Source of the DNA: an uncultured Thermoplasmatales archaeon
Lineage (GTDB): Archaea > Thermoplasmatota > E2 > UBA202 > DSCA01
Reading direction: 5' to 3'
Assembly: GCA_964514975.1 (NCBI GenBank)
Contig: CAZESS010000001.1
Location: 55,845 to 119,844, forward strand
Length of the DNA stretch: 64,000 nucleotides
A program made the position numbers and the translations under genes. Positions 55,246 to 64,000 of this stretch are shown piece after piece. Each line of letters begins with the position of its first letter. Position 1 is the stretch's first letter. The notes under the pieces are model-generated. The model searched no databases. It saw only the letters and a program-made list of their open reading frames with translations, and had not been told where the DNA came from.

Positions 55246-55725
55246 ATGGCCGCTGAAGAAGATGACTTTAAATACATCGTACGCATCGCCGCGACCGACG
55301 TCGACGGCGCCAAGCCCGTCCGCTATGCCCTGACGCAGGTCAAGGGCGTGGGCGACACCCTGGCGCACATCATTGCCAGGGAGGCCGACGTCGACGAAAC
55401 CGTCAAGATCGGCAACCTGCCCGACAAACAGATCGAGCAGTTGAACGACCTGGTTGTCAACACCGCAGACGTGGTGCCGCCCTGGATGCGGAACCGCCAG
55501 CGGGACATCGAGACCGGGGAAGATAAGCATCTCATCGGGCCCGAGATAGACATGACGCGGCGTGACGACATCAACCGACTCAAAAAAATCAAGTCCTACC
55601 GGGGCCTCCGCCACGAAAAAGGGCTGCCCGTGCGCGGACAGCGCACCCGGGGCAACAAGCGCTCCGGCCTCGCCGTCGGCGTATCCCGGCGGAAGGTCCG
55701 GCAGCAGCAGCAGGAGAAAAAATAG
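55246..55725 (+). CDS. rps13: 30S ribosomal protein S13 (uS13)
   Basis: DFKYIVRIAATDVDGAKPVRYALTQVKGVG and YRGLRHEKGLPVRGQRTR.N. ATG 55234 is an alternative start; track start 55051 is rejected. Confidence 0.9.
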   Translation: MAAEEDDFKYIVRIAATDVDGAKPVRYALTQVKGVGDTLAHIIAREADVDETVKIGNLPDKQIEQLNDLVVNTADVVPPWMRNRQRDIETGEDKHLIGPEIDMTRRDDINRLKKIKSYRGLRHEKGLPVRGQRTRGNKRSGLAVGVSRRKVRQQQQEKK

Positions 55726-55735
55726 GTGACCATTC

Positions 55736-56308
55736 ATGGGAGATCCAAAGTTTCCACGGAAGAAATACGAGACGCCCAGCCATCCATGGGAAGCCGAGCG
55801 CATCGAACGGGAGCGAGACCTGATGCACAAGTATGGCCTCAAAAACAAGCGCGAGGTCTGGAAGGCCGAGACGTTTCTGCGGAAAATACGCGGCCATGCC
55901 CGCGAGCTCTTCGTCGGCGTCGAGGAAGCACAGACCAAAAAAGAAAAAGAGGAACTGCTGAAGCGCATGGTTTCGCTGGGGATCCTGCCGGCTGACTCCG
56001 GCCTCGACGACATCCTGGCGCTGACCATCGAGGACATCCTGGCGCGGCGGCTGCAGACCCAGGTGTACTATCACGGCCTTGCCTATACGCCGAAGCAGGC
56101 ACGTCAGCTCATCGTTCATGGCCACATTTTGGTCAACGGCCGCAGGGTTCGCGTTCCCTCCTATAAGGTCAGGACGGCGGAGGAGGACACCATTCAATAC
56201 GCCGAGGCGTCGCCGCTCGCCGACGACGTTCACCCGATGCGCCCCAAGGTCGACGAGACCAGGGAGCAGCGGATGGCGATGCACAGCGAGAGCAACGAGG
56301 AGAAATAA
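55736..56308 (+). CDS. rps4: 30S ribosomal protein S4 (uS4)
   Basis: [29 protein letters not shown] and an S4 RNA-binding domain ([27 protein letters not shown]). Confidence 0.92.
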   Translation: MGDPKFPRKKYETPSHPWEAERIERERDLMHKYGLKNKREVWKAETFLRKIRGHARELFVGVEEAQTKKEKEELLKRMVSLGILPADSGLDDILALTIEDILARRLQTQVYYHGLAYTPKQARQLIVHGHILVNGRRVRVPSYKVRTAEEDTIQYAEASPLADDVHPMRPKVDETREQRMAMHSESNEEK

Positions 56309-56309
56309 C

Positions 56310-56693
56310 ATGGGAAAAAAGGCTATCACGCATATTTTCGCTTCGCACAATGACACCATCATCACCGTGACCGATCTGACGGGCGCGGAGACGCTCGCCA
56401 AGTGCACCGGCGGCATGGTTGTCCGCTCCGACAAGGACGAGGGCTCGCCATATGCCGCGATGCGCGCCGCGCAGAAGGTGGCCGAGGAGCTCCGGGAGCG
56501 GGGCATCGACACGGTCAACATCAAGGTGCGCGGCCGAGGAAAAGGCCGCTCAAAGCATCCCGGTCGGGGTGCGCAGGCTGCCATCCGGGCGCTCGCCCGC
56601 GCCGGTATCCGCATCGGACGGATCGAGGATGTCACACCGGTTCCGCATGACGGCTGCCGGGAAAAAGGCGGAAAACGGGGACGCCGGGTATGA
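56310..56693 (+). CDS. rps11: 30S ribosomal protein S11 (uS11)
   Basis: [26 protein letters not shown] and [33 protein letters not shown] 56310 is 1 nt after the rps4 stop. Confidence 0.92.
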   Translation: MGKKAITHIFASHNDTIITVTDLTGAETLAKCTGGMVVRSDKDEGSPYAAMRAAQKVAEELRERGIDTVNIKVRGRGKGRSKHPGRGAQAAIRALARAGIRIGRIEDVTPVPHDGCREKGGKRGRRV

Positions 56694-57469
56694 AGGCCAC
56701 CGTGCTGGAGGAGGAGGACCAGTTTATCAAGGTGCTGTTCGAGGACATCTCGCCCGACGTGGCCAATGCCATCCGCCGGACCATCATGCTGGATGTGCCG
56801 AGCCTGGCCATCGAAAACGTCACCATTTATGACAACACCTCGGCCCTGTTCGACGAGATCGTCGCGCATCGCCTTGGCCTGCTGCCGCTGCCCACCGACC
56901 TGCAGATGCTGGTGTTCCGGGAGGACTGCGCCTGCGACGACGAGGGCTGCCCCAACTGCACCGTCCATTACACCGTGAGCAAGGAGGGAGAATGCACCGT
57001 CTACAGCGGCGACCTGAACGCCGAGGATACGTCATGGGCGGTCGTCGACGACAAGGTTCCACTGCTGCGCCTGAAAAAAGGCCAGCGCATCATTCTCGAG
57101 GCCGAGGCAATCCTTGGCACGGGCAAGCAGCATGCGAAATGGCAGCCTGCCTCCGGCATCGGCTACACCTATTATCCCGACATAACGGTCAACGATGACT
57201 GCAACGGCTGCCGGGCCTGCGTGGACATCTGCCCCCGCGACGTGCTCGGCATGAAGGGCGCCAAAGCCGTGGTCAAAAACCTGGAGGCCTGCAGCCTCTG
57301 CCGGAGCTGCATGGAGGAATGCGGCCGCGACGCCATCACCGTGACAGGTGACCCATCCCGCATCATTTTTTCGTTCGACACCGACGGGTCGCTCCCGCCG
57401 CGCGAGGTGCTCACCGAGGCGCTCGACATCCTGCATTACAAGTACGACGCGCTCGCCGAGTCGCTGTAG
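56690..57469 (+). CDS. rpoD: DNA-directed RNA polymerase subunit D (Rpo3) with 4Fe-4S ferredoxin-like insert
   Basis: [38 protein letters not shown], plus Cys clusters [12 protein letters not shown] and [11 protein letters not shown]. Confidence 0.9.
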   Translation: MKATVLEEEDQFIKVLFEDISPDVANAIRRTIMLDVPSLAIENVTIYDNTSALFDEIVAHRLGLLPLPTDLQMLVFREDCACDDEGCPNCTVHYTVSKEGECTVYSGDLNAEDTSWAVVDDKVPLLRLKKGQRIILEAEAILGTGKQHAKWQPASGIGYTYYPDITVNDDCNGCRACVDICPRDVLGMKGAKAVVKNLEACSLCRSCMEECGRDAITVTGDPSRIIFSFDTDGSLPPREVLTEALDILHYKYDALAESL

Positions 57470-57589
57470 CTAATCGAGGAACACCTCCTGCTTGTAGGCC
57501 GTGGGGACGAACAATATGAGCGCGGTGAAAATCTCCAGACAGCCCAGTCACATGCACACCGACAGCCATATCTTCGCCAGCTCGGGCAA

Positions 57590-57900
57590 CGGCGCATAGC
57601 TGTAGCTTGGCCCAACGCCGCCGAGCCCCGGCGGGTCATCGGCGGATACGGAGTCGGCGTCACCAATCGGAGGAAACATCGCTCGTCCTGTACGGCTCGC
57701 TGGCCGTCGGCCTCGTCATCCTCGCCATGGCCGCTACCAACACCGAGCATGCACCCACCGCTGGCATCGCCCTGGGGCTGGTCATCAACACATGGAGCGC
57801 TGCCACCGTCGTCTTCATCATCATGGTGATGCTCTGGATGGTCGCGGTGCGACATCTGCTCCGCCGCCGTCTCATAAACCTGACGGCGCCTCTGGTGTAG
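57590..57900 (+). pseudogene. Probable frameshifted, 5'-truncated remnant of an HPP-family membrane protein gene
   Basis: Frame 2 reads IAVAWPNAAEPRRVIGGYGVGV (compare HPP AxPxxPxAQPRNvxGGh). After about 57665-57685 the match continues in frame 1 as SLAVGLVILAMAATNTEHAPTAGIALGLV (compare the HPPxGA block), followed by a hydrophobic C-terminus. No upstream TM segments or plausible start were found. By-eye family match only. Confidence 0.4.
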
Positions 57901-57903
57901 CCG

Positions 57904-58719
57904 TTACTGCTCCTGGATCGGGGAGCGCCAGTCGAGCCCGATGGTCCGCATGCCGAGCTTGGCGACAAGGGGCATACTCCGCTTGTGCTGGCTCCGTCGC
58001 CGCATCTGCTGGATCCGGTGCACCTCGCTCTCCTCGATATCTGCGGCATGAGCGATTTTTTCAACCGGCCATTTTCGCTCCAGCCCATACAAGATACGGT
58101 CGAGCTTCTCGTAGGATATACCGAGCTCCTCCTCGTCGGTCTGCCCCTTCCAGAGGCCAGCCGATGGCGGCTTCTCGATGATGGGCCCGGGGATGTCGAG
58201 ATGGCGTGCCAGCTGGTATACCTGCGTCTTGTACAGGTCGCCGACGGGCAAAAAATCGGTGCCGCCATCGCCATATTTGGTGAAATAGCCGATGAGCAGC
58301 TCCGTCTTGTTCGAGCAGCCACACACCAGGCTGTCCTTGACGTTCGAGTAGCCATACCACAGCAGCATGCGGAGCCGTGACTTGATGTTGCCGAGCGCGA
58401 CGGCGTCCATCTCATGGGGATAGATCTTCCGGATGGAATGAATGAACGGCGAGATATCGATGGTCTCATACTCGATGTCGAGGTCGTCGGCCATCAGGCG
58501 GACATGCTCGAGGTCCTCGATCGGCGTTGACAGCTCCGGCATAAAAATCGCGTGGATATTGTCTTTGCCCAGCGCCATCGCCGCCAGCCTGGCGGTCACC
58601 GCCGAGTCGATGCCGCCGGACAGCCCGATGACCACGCTGTCCACGCCCGCATTCGATGTGTAGTCACGGATGAACGTGGTGACCAGCCCTGTTGTCTCCC
58701 CTGCATCTATCTCGAGCAT
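57904..58719 (-). CDS. nadE: NH3-dependent NAD+ synthetase
   Basis: VIGLSGGIDSAV PP-loop, and CGCSNKTELLIGYFTKYGDGG. I prefer the start at MLEIDAGETTG (58719). The track start (58785) would overlap the divergent gene. Confidence 0.88.
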   Translation of the reverse strand: MLEIDAGETTGLVTTFIRDYTSNAGVDSVVIGLSGGIDSAVTARLAAMALGKDNIHAIFMPELSTPIEDLEHVRLMADDLDIEYETIDISPFIHSIRKIYPHEMDAVALGNIKSRLRMLLWYGYSNVKDSLVCGCSNKTELLIGYFTKYGDGGTDFLPVGDLYKTQVYQLARHLDIPGPIIEKPPSAGLWKGQTDEEELGISYEKLDRILYGLERKWPVEKIAHAADIEESEVHRIQQMRRRSQHKRSMPLVAKLGMRTIGLDWRSPIQEQ

Positions 58720-58765
58720 ATGGATAACGTTATAAGCAGGGGCGATATATGGTTTTGGGATTTGT

Positions 58766-59878
58766 ATGCAGCTCTCACTCATCAATGTTCATCCGACAGT
58801 GGGCAACAAAAAAAAGAACCTGAAAAAAATGCGGAAGACGCTCGACGGCCTCGAGACAGACATGGCCGTCTTCGGGGAGCTCACCGCCACCGGCTACACC
58901 TGCAAGGACGAGTTCCGCGACCTGGCGGAGCCGCTCGACGGCCCAACAGTGCAGGCCGTCCAAGAGATGTCCGCCACGCATGACACGTCCATCGTGTTCG
59001 GCATGCCGCTGGAGGAACGGGCAGGACTCATCCACAACGCCGCCGTCATGATACATCCCGATGGGGAGGTGCAGTCCTACCGCAAAATGTTTCTCCCGAC
59101 CTTTGGTCCCTTCGAGGAACGTTTTTTCTTCACCCCCGGCGACGCGTTGCCCGTATATGACACGCCCTATGGCAGGGTGGGCATGTGCATCTGCTACGAC
59201 CTGTTTTTCCCGGAGCTGCTCAAGGGCATGGCATTGAAGGGCGCCGACATGATTCTCTGCATTTCCGCCTCACCCTCGATAAGCCGCGAATATTTCGAGC
59301 AGGTGCTGCCGGCGCGGGCGATAGAGAACACCGTGTTCGTGGCCTACGCCAACCTGGTGGGCACGCAGGAAAACCTGGTGTTCTGGGGCGGCAGCCAGGT
59401 GTACAGCCCCCGGGGAGACCTCGTCGGCCGGGCGGCCTACAACGAGGAGGACGCGCTGACGTTCGACATTGACTTTGACATCATCAGTGAGGCGCGGGCC
59501 GCGCGCCCCACGCTCCGGGACACCCGGGCGGAGCTATTCGCCGACCTGTACCGTATCGCCCGAAGCGAGCCATTGTACCATGACTATGCGGCCATTGCCG
59601 TCCGCATGGGGCGCTATGCCGTCGAGCGGATGAAGGTCGAGACGGTCGAGATACATGGCCCCCGGCAGATGGTCGACGGCGTCATGTATGCGACGGCCTG
59701 CCCCCGGGACAATATCATGGTGGAGCAGGACGAGCAGATACGTGCTACGTTTATGTCCGGCGGGGATACGCTGACGCTGACGCTCAGGCCTGAAATGCGG
59801 CGTTTGCTCGAGCAGGGATTGAACCCGGCGCGGCTTTCCTCGCTCGACGCGGACGAGCTGTTCGATGTCTCCGGATAG
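58766..59878 (+). CDS. Carbon-nitrogen hydrolase (nitrilase superfamily) with a ~110-aa C-terminal extension
   Basis: FGELTATGY (Glu), YRKMFLP (Lys) and GMCICYDLFFPE (Cys) form the CN-hydrolase E-K-C triad. Residues ~260-370 are unassigned. Confidence 0.8.
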   Translation: MQLSLINVHPTVGNKKKNLKKMRKTLDGLETDMAVFGELTATGYTCKDEFRDLAEPLDGPTVQAVQEMSATHDTSIVFGMPLEERAGLIHNAAVMIHPDGEVQSYRKMFLPTFGPFEERFFFTPGDALPVYDTPYGRVGMCICYDLFFPELLKGMALKGADMILCISASPSISREYFEQVLPARAIENTVFVAYANLVGTQENLVFWGGSQVYSPRGDLVGRAAYNEEDALTFDIDFDIISEARAARPTLRDTRAELFADLYRIARSEPLYHDYAAIAVRMGRYAVERMKVETVEIHGPRQMVDGVMYATACPRDNIMVEQDEQIRATFMSGGDTLTLTLRPEMRRLLEQGLNPARLSSLDADELFDVSG

Positions 59879-59929
59879 CGGGGCCGGGAAGCGAAAATTA
59901 TAAGATGTCCATCGTCATTATAGTAGCGT

Positions 59930-60778
59930 ATGGATTTCACCACGCTCACGATACTGGCGGTACTATCGTTCGTCCTCGCCTGGTTCGGCATAATGATTTT
60001 CACCACGGAAACCAGGGATGACGACGACAAAAAGAAGGAGCCCCGGCAGGCGCAGCAGGAGCCATCCGGCCATGAAACCGAGCAGGTCCAGAAGGTTGCT
60101 CATGTCGCTGAGACGCCTGCGGTGCAGGAGGCCAGCGAGGACGAGGTCGTGATGTACCAGAACATGGTCGAAAAATACCGGGGGATGGTGCAGCAGCTCC
60201 GCCAGAAGGTCGAACGCCTCGAGCAGACGAGCAGCACCGCCGGGATGTCCAACGACCAGCTCATCGACTGGATCGCCGACCTCCGCCGGGAAAACAAGTA
60301 CCTGAAAAACAAGCTGACGGAGCTCGAAAACGAGCCCGTTCCCGACGTGCCCGAGACGTCATCGGGAACCATTGCCACGCTGAAACAGGAAAACGAGCAC
60401 CTGCGGGAACGCCTCGAAAAATACCGGGCCAGGGTCACCCAGCTCGAAGACGAGATAGAGGAGCTCAAAAGCGATCTGCACTACTACCGGGACATGGTCA
60501 ACAAGCTCCAGGCCAATTTCACCGTCATCAACAAGTACAACTATCGCGCCTGCATCCGCGACCCCGAGACAGGAGAGTTCTGCTACGAGCTCGTCAAGTT
60601 CCCGCCCGACTTCGACCCGTTCAACCCGACCTACATCAGCGAGGACGGCACCGAAATATACGAGCAGTACGGCATAAAGATACCCACCAAGCTCGGCGAC
60701 CTCGTCAGAAAGGAGTTCAAAAAACGCGCCGCTGAGCCCTGGGAGGAAGCCGAGGTCGACTGGAAGGTCGGCCGGTAG
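59930..60778 (+). CDS. Membrane-anchored coiled-coil protein (282 aa)
   Basis: N-terminal TM helix (LTILAVLSFVLAWFGIMIF) and heptad-rich segments (LKNKLTELENE; LKQENEHLRERLEKYRARVTQLEDEIEELKSDL). It ends 8 nt before rfcL. Confidence 0.6.
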   Translation: MDFTTLTILAVLSFVLAWFGIMIFTTETRDDDDKKKEPRQAQQEPSGHETEQVQKVAHVAETPAVQEASEDEVVMYQNMVEKYRGMVQQLRQKVERLEQTSSTAGMSNDQLIDWIADLRRENKYLKNKLTELENEPVPDVPETSSGTIATLKQENEHLRERLEKYRARVTQLEDEIEELKSDLHYYRDMVNKLQANFTVINKYNYRACIRDPETGEFCYELVKFPPDFDPFNPTYISEDGTEIYEQYGIKIPTKLGDLVRKEFKKRAAEPWEEAEVDWKVGR

Positions 60779-60786
60779 CGCTGCAG

Positions 60787-62127
60787 ATGGAAAACTGGAC
60801 GGAAAAATACCGGCCTCGGCATCTCGACGACGTCGCGGGCAACGCCAAAGCATTGCAGAAGCTCCGCCAGTGGGCCCGCCAATGGCAACAGGGTATCCCA
60901 CCACAAAAAGCGGTTGTTCTCTCCGGTAAAGCCGGCATCGGAAAAACATCGGCAGCGCATGCGCTTGCCAACGACCTCGGCTGGCAGACCATCGAGCTCA
61001 ACGCGTCAGATGCACGGAGCAAGGAGGTCATCCGGCGCACCGCGTTTTCAGGTGCGGTCAACGAGACCTTTACCCGGGAGGGCGAATACCGTCCATCCGG
61101 GGAGGGCGGCGCCACCCTCGTCATCATCGACGAGGCCGACAACCTGTATGAAACCAAGGGAGACCGCGGCGGCACCGGCGCCATCATCGACACCATCCGG
61201 CAGACCCGGCAGCCCGTCGTCCTCATCGTCAACGACTACTACCAGCTCATACGGGGCGCCGGGCAGCCTCTCAAATCGCTGTGTCAGCACATCCAGTTCA
61301 AGCCCGTCGACGACCTCGGCGAGGTTTTGCAGCGCATCTGCCGGGAGGAAAACATCCGGGTTGACCGCCAGGCTATCCGGTACATCGCAAGCCATGCAGA
61401 TGGAGACGTCCGCGGCGCCATCAACGACCTCCAGACCATCTGCCAGGGGCGACAGCACGTCGACATGAGCGCCGTCGCCAGCATCGGCAGCCGCAACCGC
61501 GAGCAGCAGATTTTTTCCGTCCTCCGGCGCATCCTCCGCGCCAGGAACATGGAGGACGCCGACGCTGCCGCCCGCGACATCGACGAAGCGCCGCCGCAGA
61601 TGATACTCTGGATAGATGAAAACCTGCCCGTCGAATACAAAAAACCACGCGACCTGGCCCGCGCCTACCGGTATCTCGCCTCGGCCGACGTTTTCCTCGG
61701 GCGGACACATCGCCGGCAGCACTACGGCATGTGGAAATATGCATGCGACCTCATGTATGGTGGCGTGGCAGTCGCCAAGACACGTCTGTACCGCGGCTAC
61801 AATCGCTACGATTTCCCCTCATGGCTCCGCAAGATGAGCGCGAGCAAGGCCATGCGCGGCAAACGCCGCCGGATCGCCGGCAAAATCGGCAGGCACGCCC
61901 ACATGTCCGGAGCGAAAACCCGGGAAACCCTGCCATATCTCGCGGCCATGCTCACCAATGACGAGGAACTGGCAGCCAATCTCGCGCGGCGGCTCGACCT
62001 CACCGCCGACGACCTCGCCCCGCTCGTGGGCAGCACGGCCGCCCGGGACATCGTCCAGCGCGCCGACGAGGACGAAAGCGACCTCGCGAAGGACGGCGAC
62101 CGCCAGCAGAGCCTCCTCGACTTTTAA
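60787..62127 (+). CDS. rfcL: Replication factor C large subunit
   Basis: WTEKYRP..LDDV.GN, the Walker A LSGKAGIGKTSAAHALA, IIDEADN, and a C-terminal PIP-like QSLLDF. Confidence 0.9.
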   Translation: MENWTEKYRPRHLDDVAGNAKALQKLRQWARQWQQGIPPQKAVVLSGKAGIGKTSAAHALANDLGWQTIELNASDARSKEVIRRTAFSGAVNETFTREGEYRPSGEGGATLVIIDEADNLYETKGDRGGTGAIIDTIRQTRQPVVLIVNDYYQLIRGAGQPLKSLCQHIQFKPVDDLGEVLQRICREENIRVDRQAIRYIASHADGDVRGAINDLQTICQGRQHVDMSAVASIGSRNREQQIFSVLRRILRARNMEDADAAARDIDEAPPQMILWIDENLPVEYKKPRDLARAYRYLASADVFLGRTHRRQHYGMWKYACDLMYGGVAVAKTRLYRGYNRYDFPSWLRKMSASKAMRGKRRRIAGKIGRHAHMSGAKTRETLPYLAAMLTNDEELAANLARRLDLTADDLAPLVGSTAARDIVQRADEDESDLAKDGDRQQSLLDF

Positions 62128-62194
62128 CTTTTAATACAGATGTGTGGGAAACCTATTTAACGAGGGTTAACATTGGTAAAGAAGGGTTTTAAAA

Positions 62195-64000
62195 ATGAAG
62201 GGCATGGCAGGCAGCACGCATGTAATGGTAGGGCTGGCAATAGTAGCCGCACTCATCCTTTTTTGCTGGTCGCCATCGGTTGAGGCGCAGTCATACGAAA
62301 TCAACCTGGATATCGCGGTACCGGATGAGGTAAACGTCTGCGAGCCGGCCATCTATACACTGCACGTCAACAACACCGGCGATAACCCGCTCACCGATGT
62401 CACCGCAAACGTCACCATGCCTGATTCTTTTAACTACGTGAACGGAAGCGCTATCGTCAACTACAGCGGAAGCTCCATCGCACAGGACCCCGTCATCCAG
62501 GGACAAAACCTGAGCTGGGACCTCAGCAGCATCGAGAACCCGCTGCCCGTCAACGCCAGCATGTGCATATGCTTCAATCTGACCGCTTGCTGCACTGCAA
62601 CCAGCGACGTGCAGCTTGCGGCCACGGTAACCGCCAACGAGAACACGTCCACAGCCACGTCATCATCCATCCTGGTAAACAGGGGACTCATCCTTCTGGA
62701 AAAACTGCCGCAGACCCAGGATGCCTCCATCGGCGACATCGTCACCTTCACCGTATCCGTCACAAACATCGGCACCGGCCCCTTTTTCAACGTTACGGTC
62801 AACGACACCTTGGGGGACGGCCTGTCCTATGTTGCCACAAATGCATCCGGCTGGCCCGAATGGCAGTACAGCCGCATCGGAGTCGATGAAACAAGAACTG
62901 TCAACATCTCCGCCGAGGTCATTAGCTGCCAGGGGCTCTACAACGACGTAGCCGCAGCATGGGGCTGCAACGGACATATATGCCAGACCACCCATGCCAA
63001 GGGATCGATAAAACTGGTATACCGGGAGCCATCGCTCACCTTCAATGTGGAGCCCAACCCGATCACGCTGCCCTACTGCGGCAGCTCCCGTGTACATGTC
63101 AACATGACCAACGCCGGCGACGGCGGCGCCTACGACATCTACCTTGCCATGAAGGGAATGCCCGCGGCGTATAACGTCAGCGACATCCGCAACGCGACCT
63201 ACTATCCGGGCAATACCACCCTGTATGTCGGCAACCTCTTGGCGCATACAACGAACAACATCTCATTCAACATGACCGTGCCCTATGGCACCTGCGGCGG
63301 CCCATCCGGTGATGCAATCACGTTCACCCCTCGCTATCTGGACGAATGCGACAACACATGGGCACCACCGGTCACCTATGTCACATATACACGTGCAGCG
63401 GGTCCCTCAATCGATGTCAGCAAAACAGGCCCCACCCGGGTGCTCCGCGGCGAAAACGTCTCCTACATCATAAACGTCTCCTACACCAAAAACGGGTGCA
63501 GCCTCGACAGCGTCACCACCAACATCACCGACACCTACCCAGACGGCTTCACGGTACAGGATGCCGGCGGCGGCACCGTCGACGCAGCAAACACCACCAT
63601 TACCTGGACAAACGTGAAGCTCGCCGATGGCGTCCCGTGGACCACGAACGTCACCTTCGCCAATGGACAAACCTGCGGTGACATCGTGACCAACGCCGTC
63701 ACGGTCGAACCCGTCATCGACTGTTGCGGCTGCTCAATGAGCGGAAGCGACACCGCCAGTACGGCAAGCGTATGCGACGAAAACTACACCGGCAAGGAGC
63801 CATTCACATGGAACAAGGAAGCATCCCGTTACGTACGGGAAAACTGCAACAACATCACCTACTACAACAACATGACCTTCCATCTCCAGGGAGCATCCTG
63901 GAGCGATGTCTGGTTCAGAGAGCAGGCAAACAACGGGCAGACAGCTCCAAACGGCTCCACCGTCGTGAATGCCACATTCATCATAAACGGTACTCTCTCA
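62195..64000 (+). CDS. Large secreted surface protein with DUF11-type (conserved repeat domain) Ig-like modules, 3'-truncated by the window edge
   Basis: It is not in the supplied ORF track because it has no stop. My own translation from ATG 62195 is open for 602 codons to nt 64000. Signal peptide MKGMAGSTHVMVGLAIVAALILFCWSPSVEA. DUF11-like units include EKLPQTQDASIGDIVTFTVSVTNIGTGPFFNVTVNDTLGDGLSYV and VSKTGPTRVLRGENVSYIINVSY. It is rich in N-x-S/T sequons and Cys. Confidence 0.75.
   Translation, partial: MKGMAGSTHVMVGLAIVAALILFCWSPSVEAQSYEINLDIAVPDEVNVCEPAIYTLHVNNTGDNPLTDVTANVTMPDSFNYVNGSAIVNYSGSSIAQDPVIQGQNLSWDLSSIENPLPVNASMCICFNLTACCTATSDVQLAATVTANENTSTATSSSILVNRGLILLEKLPQTQDASIGDIVTFTVSVTNIGTGPFFNVTVNDTLGDGLSYVATNASGWPEWQYSRIGVDETRTVNISAEVISCQGLYNDVAAAWGCNGHICQTTHAKGSIKLVYREPSLTFNVEPNPITLPYCGSSRVHVNMTNAGDGGAYDIYLAMKGMPAAYNVSDIRNATYYPGNTTLYVGNLLAHTTNNISFNMTVPYGTCGGPSGDAITFTPRYLDECDNTWAPPVTYVTYTRAAGPSIDVSKTGPTRVLRGENVSYIINVSYTKNGCSLDSVTTNITDTYPDGFTVQDAGGGTVDAANTTITWTNVKLADGVPWTTNVTFANGQTCGDIVTNAVTVEPVIDCCGCSMSGSDTASTASVCDENYTGKEPFTWNKEASRYVRENCNNITYYNNMTFHLQGASWSDVWFREQANNGQTAPNGSTVVNATFIINGTLS

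Noticed and set aside
57470-57679. Selenocysteine-containing small membrane protein: minus-strand frame MFPPIGDADS...KIWLSVCM-TGA-LGCLEIFTALILFVPTAYKQEVFLD.
   Set aside because: I can recognise no SECIS-like structure and no selenoprotein family match. The region overlaps an HPP-like remnant on the other strand and sits at an operon break. A nonsense-interrupted remnant or chance frame is more likely.
59560-59878. FmdE/FwdE-like domain as the identity of the C-terminal extension of the CN-hydrolase.
   Set aside because: The characteristic HGH-x-CPG-type Cys/His block is absent. The resemblance was only a general alpha/beta pattern.
1-64000. CRISPR arrays, cas genes, transposases/IS elements, integrases, rRNA genes.
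   Set aside because: I found no short regularly spaced direct repeats and no ORFs with transposase, integrase or Cas motifs. The only repeats are the intragenic ones reported.

Overview
Archaeal (euryarchaeote-type) chromosomal segment. G+C looks high by eye (about 60-65%), with a few clearly AT-richer patches. Both strands are densely coding. I call about 55 protein genes (two cut by the window edges), 2 tRNAs, 1 probable pseudogene, three copies of an 855-bp repeat cassette, two internal tandem-repeat regions, and several promoter- and terminator-like sites. Archaeal identity rests on aRF1, FEN1, PriS/PriL, GINS51, RFC large subunit, an S13-S4-S11-RpoD operon, CoaBC plus pantoate kinase, and TATA-like boxes about 25-30 nt upstream of many start codons. 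No finer taxonomic placement is attempted. The standout is a 15.2-kb block (8959-24189) of three tandem same-strand genes encoding giant secreted beta-helix proteins (1620, 1225 and 2115 aa). They have different N-terminal heads but share a 284-aa C-terminal tail, with a 491-bp tract that reads nucleotide-identical between the first and third genes, a mosaic donor pattern, and no TM or PGF-type anchor. I read this as a modular, recombining cell-surface display locus whose tail I cannot assign to a named family. Other points worth a second look: a bacterial-type queA-tgt pair translationally coupled to pyrF/pyrE-like genes; a LuxE-like adenylating enzyme paired with a transglutaminase-like protein; a CitD-CitE fusion that seems to lack the prosthetic-group serine; a DUF4430 protein plus membrane protein pair (possible corrinoid uptake); a priL-priS...gins51 replication cluster split by a 3.3-kb surface-protein gene; a low-GC islet; a ribosomal-protein/RpoD operon that ends in decayed gene remnants; and a long open-ended surface-protein ORF (62195-64000) absent from the supplied ORF track. 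All family calls come from by-eye motif recognition. No database search was possible.
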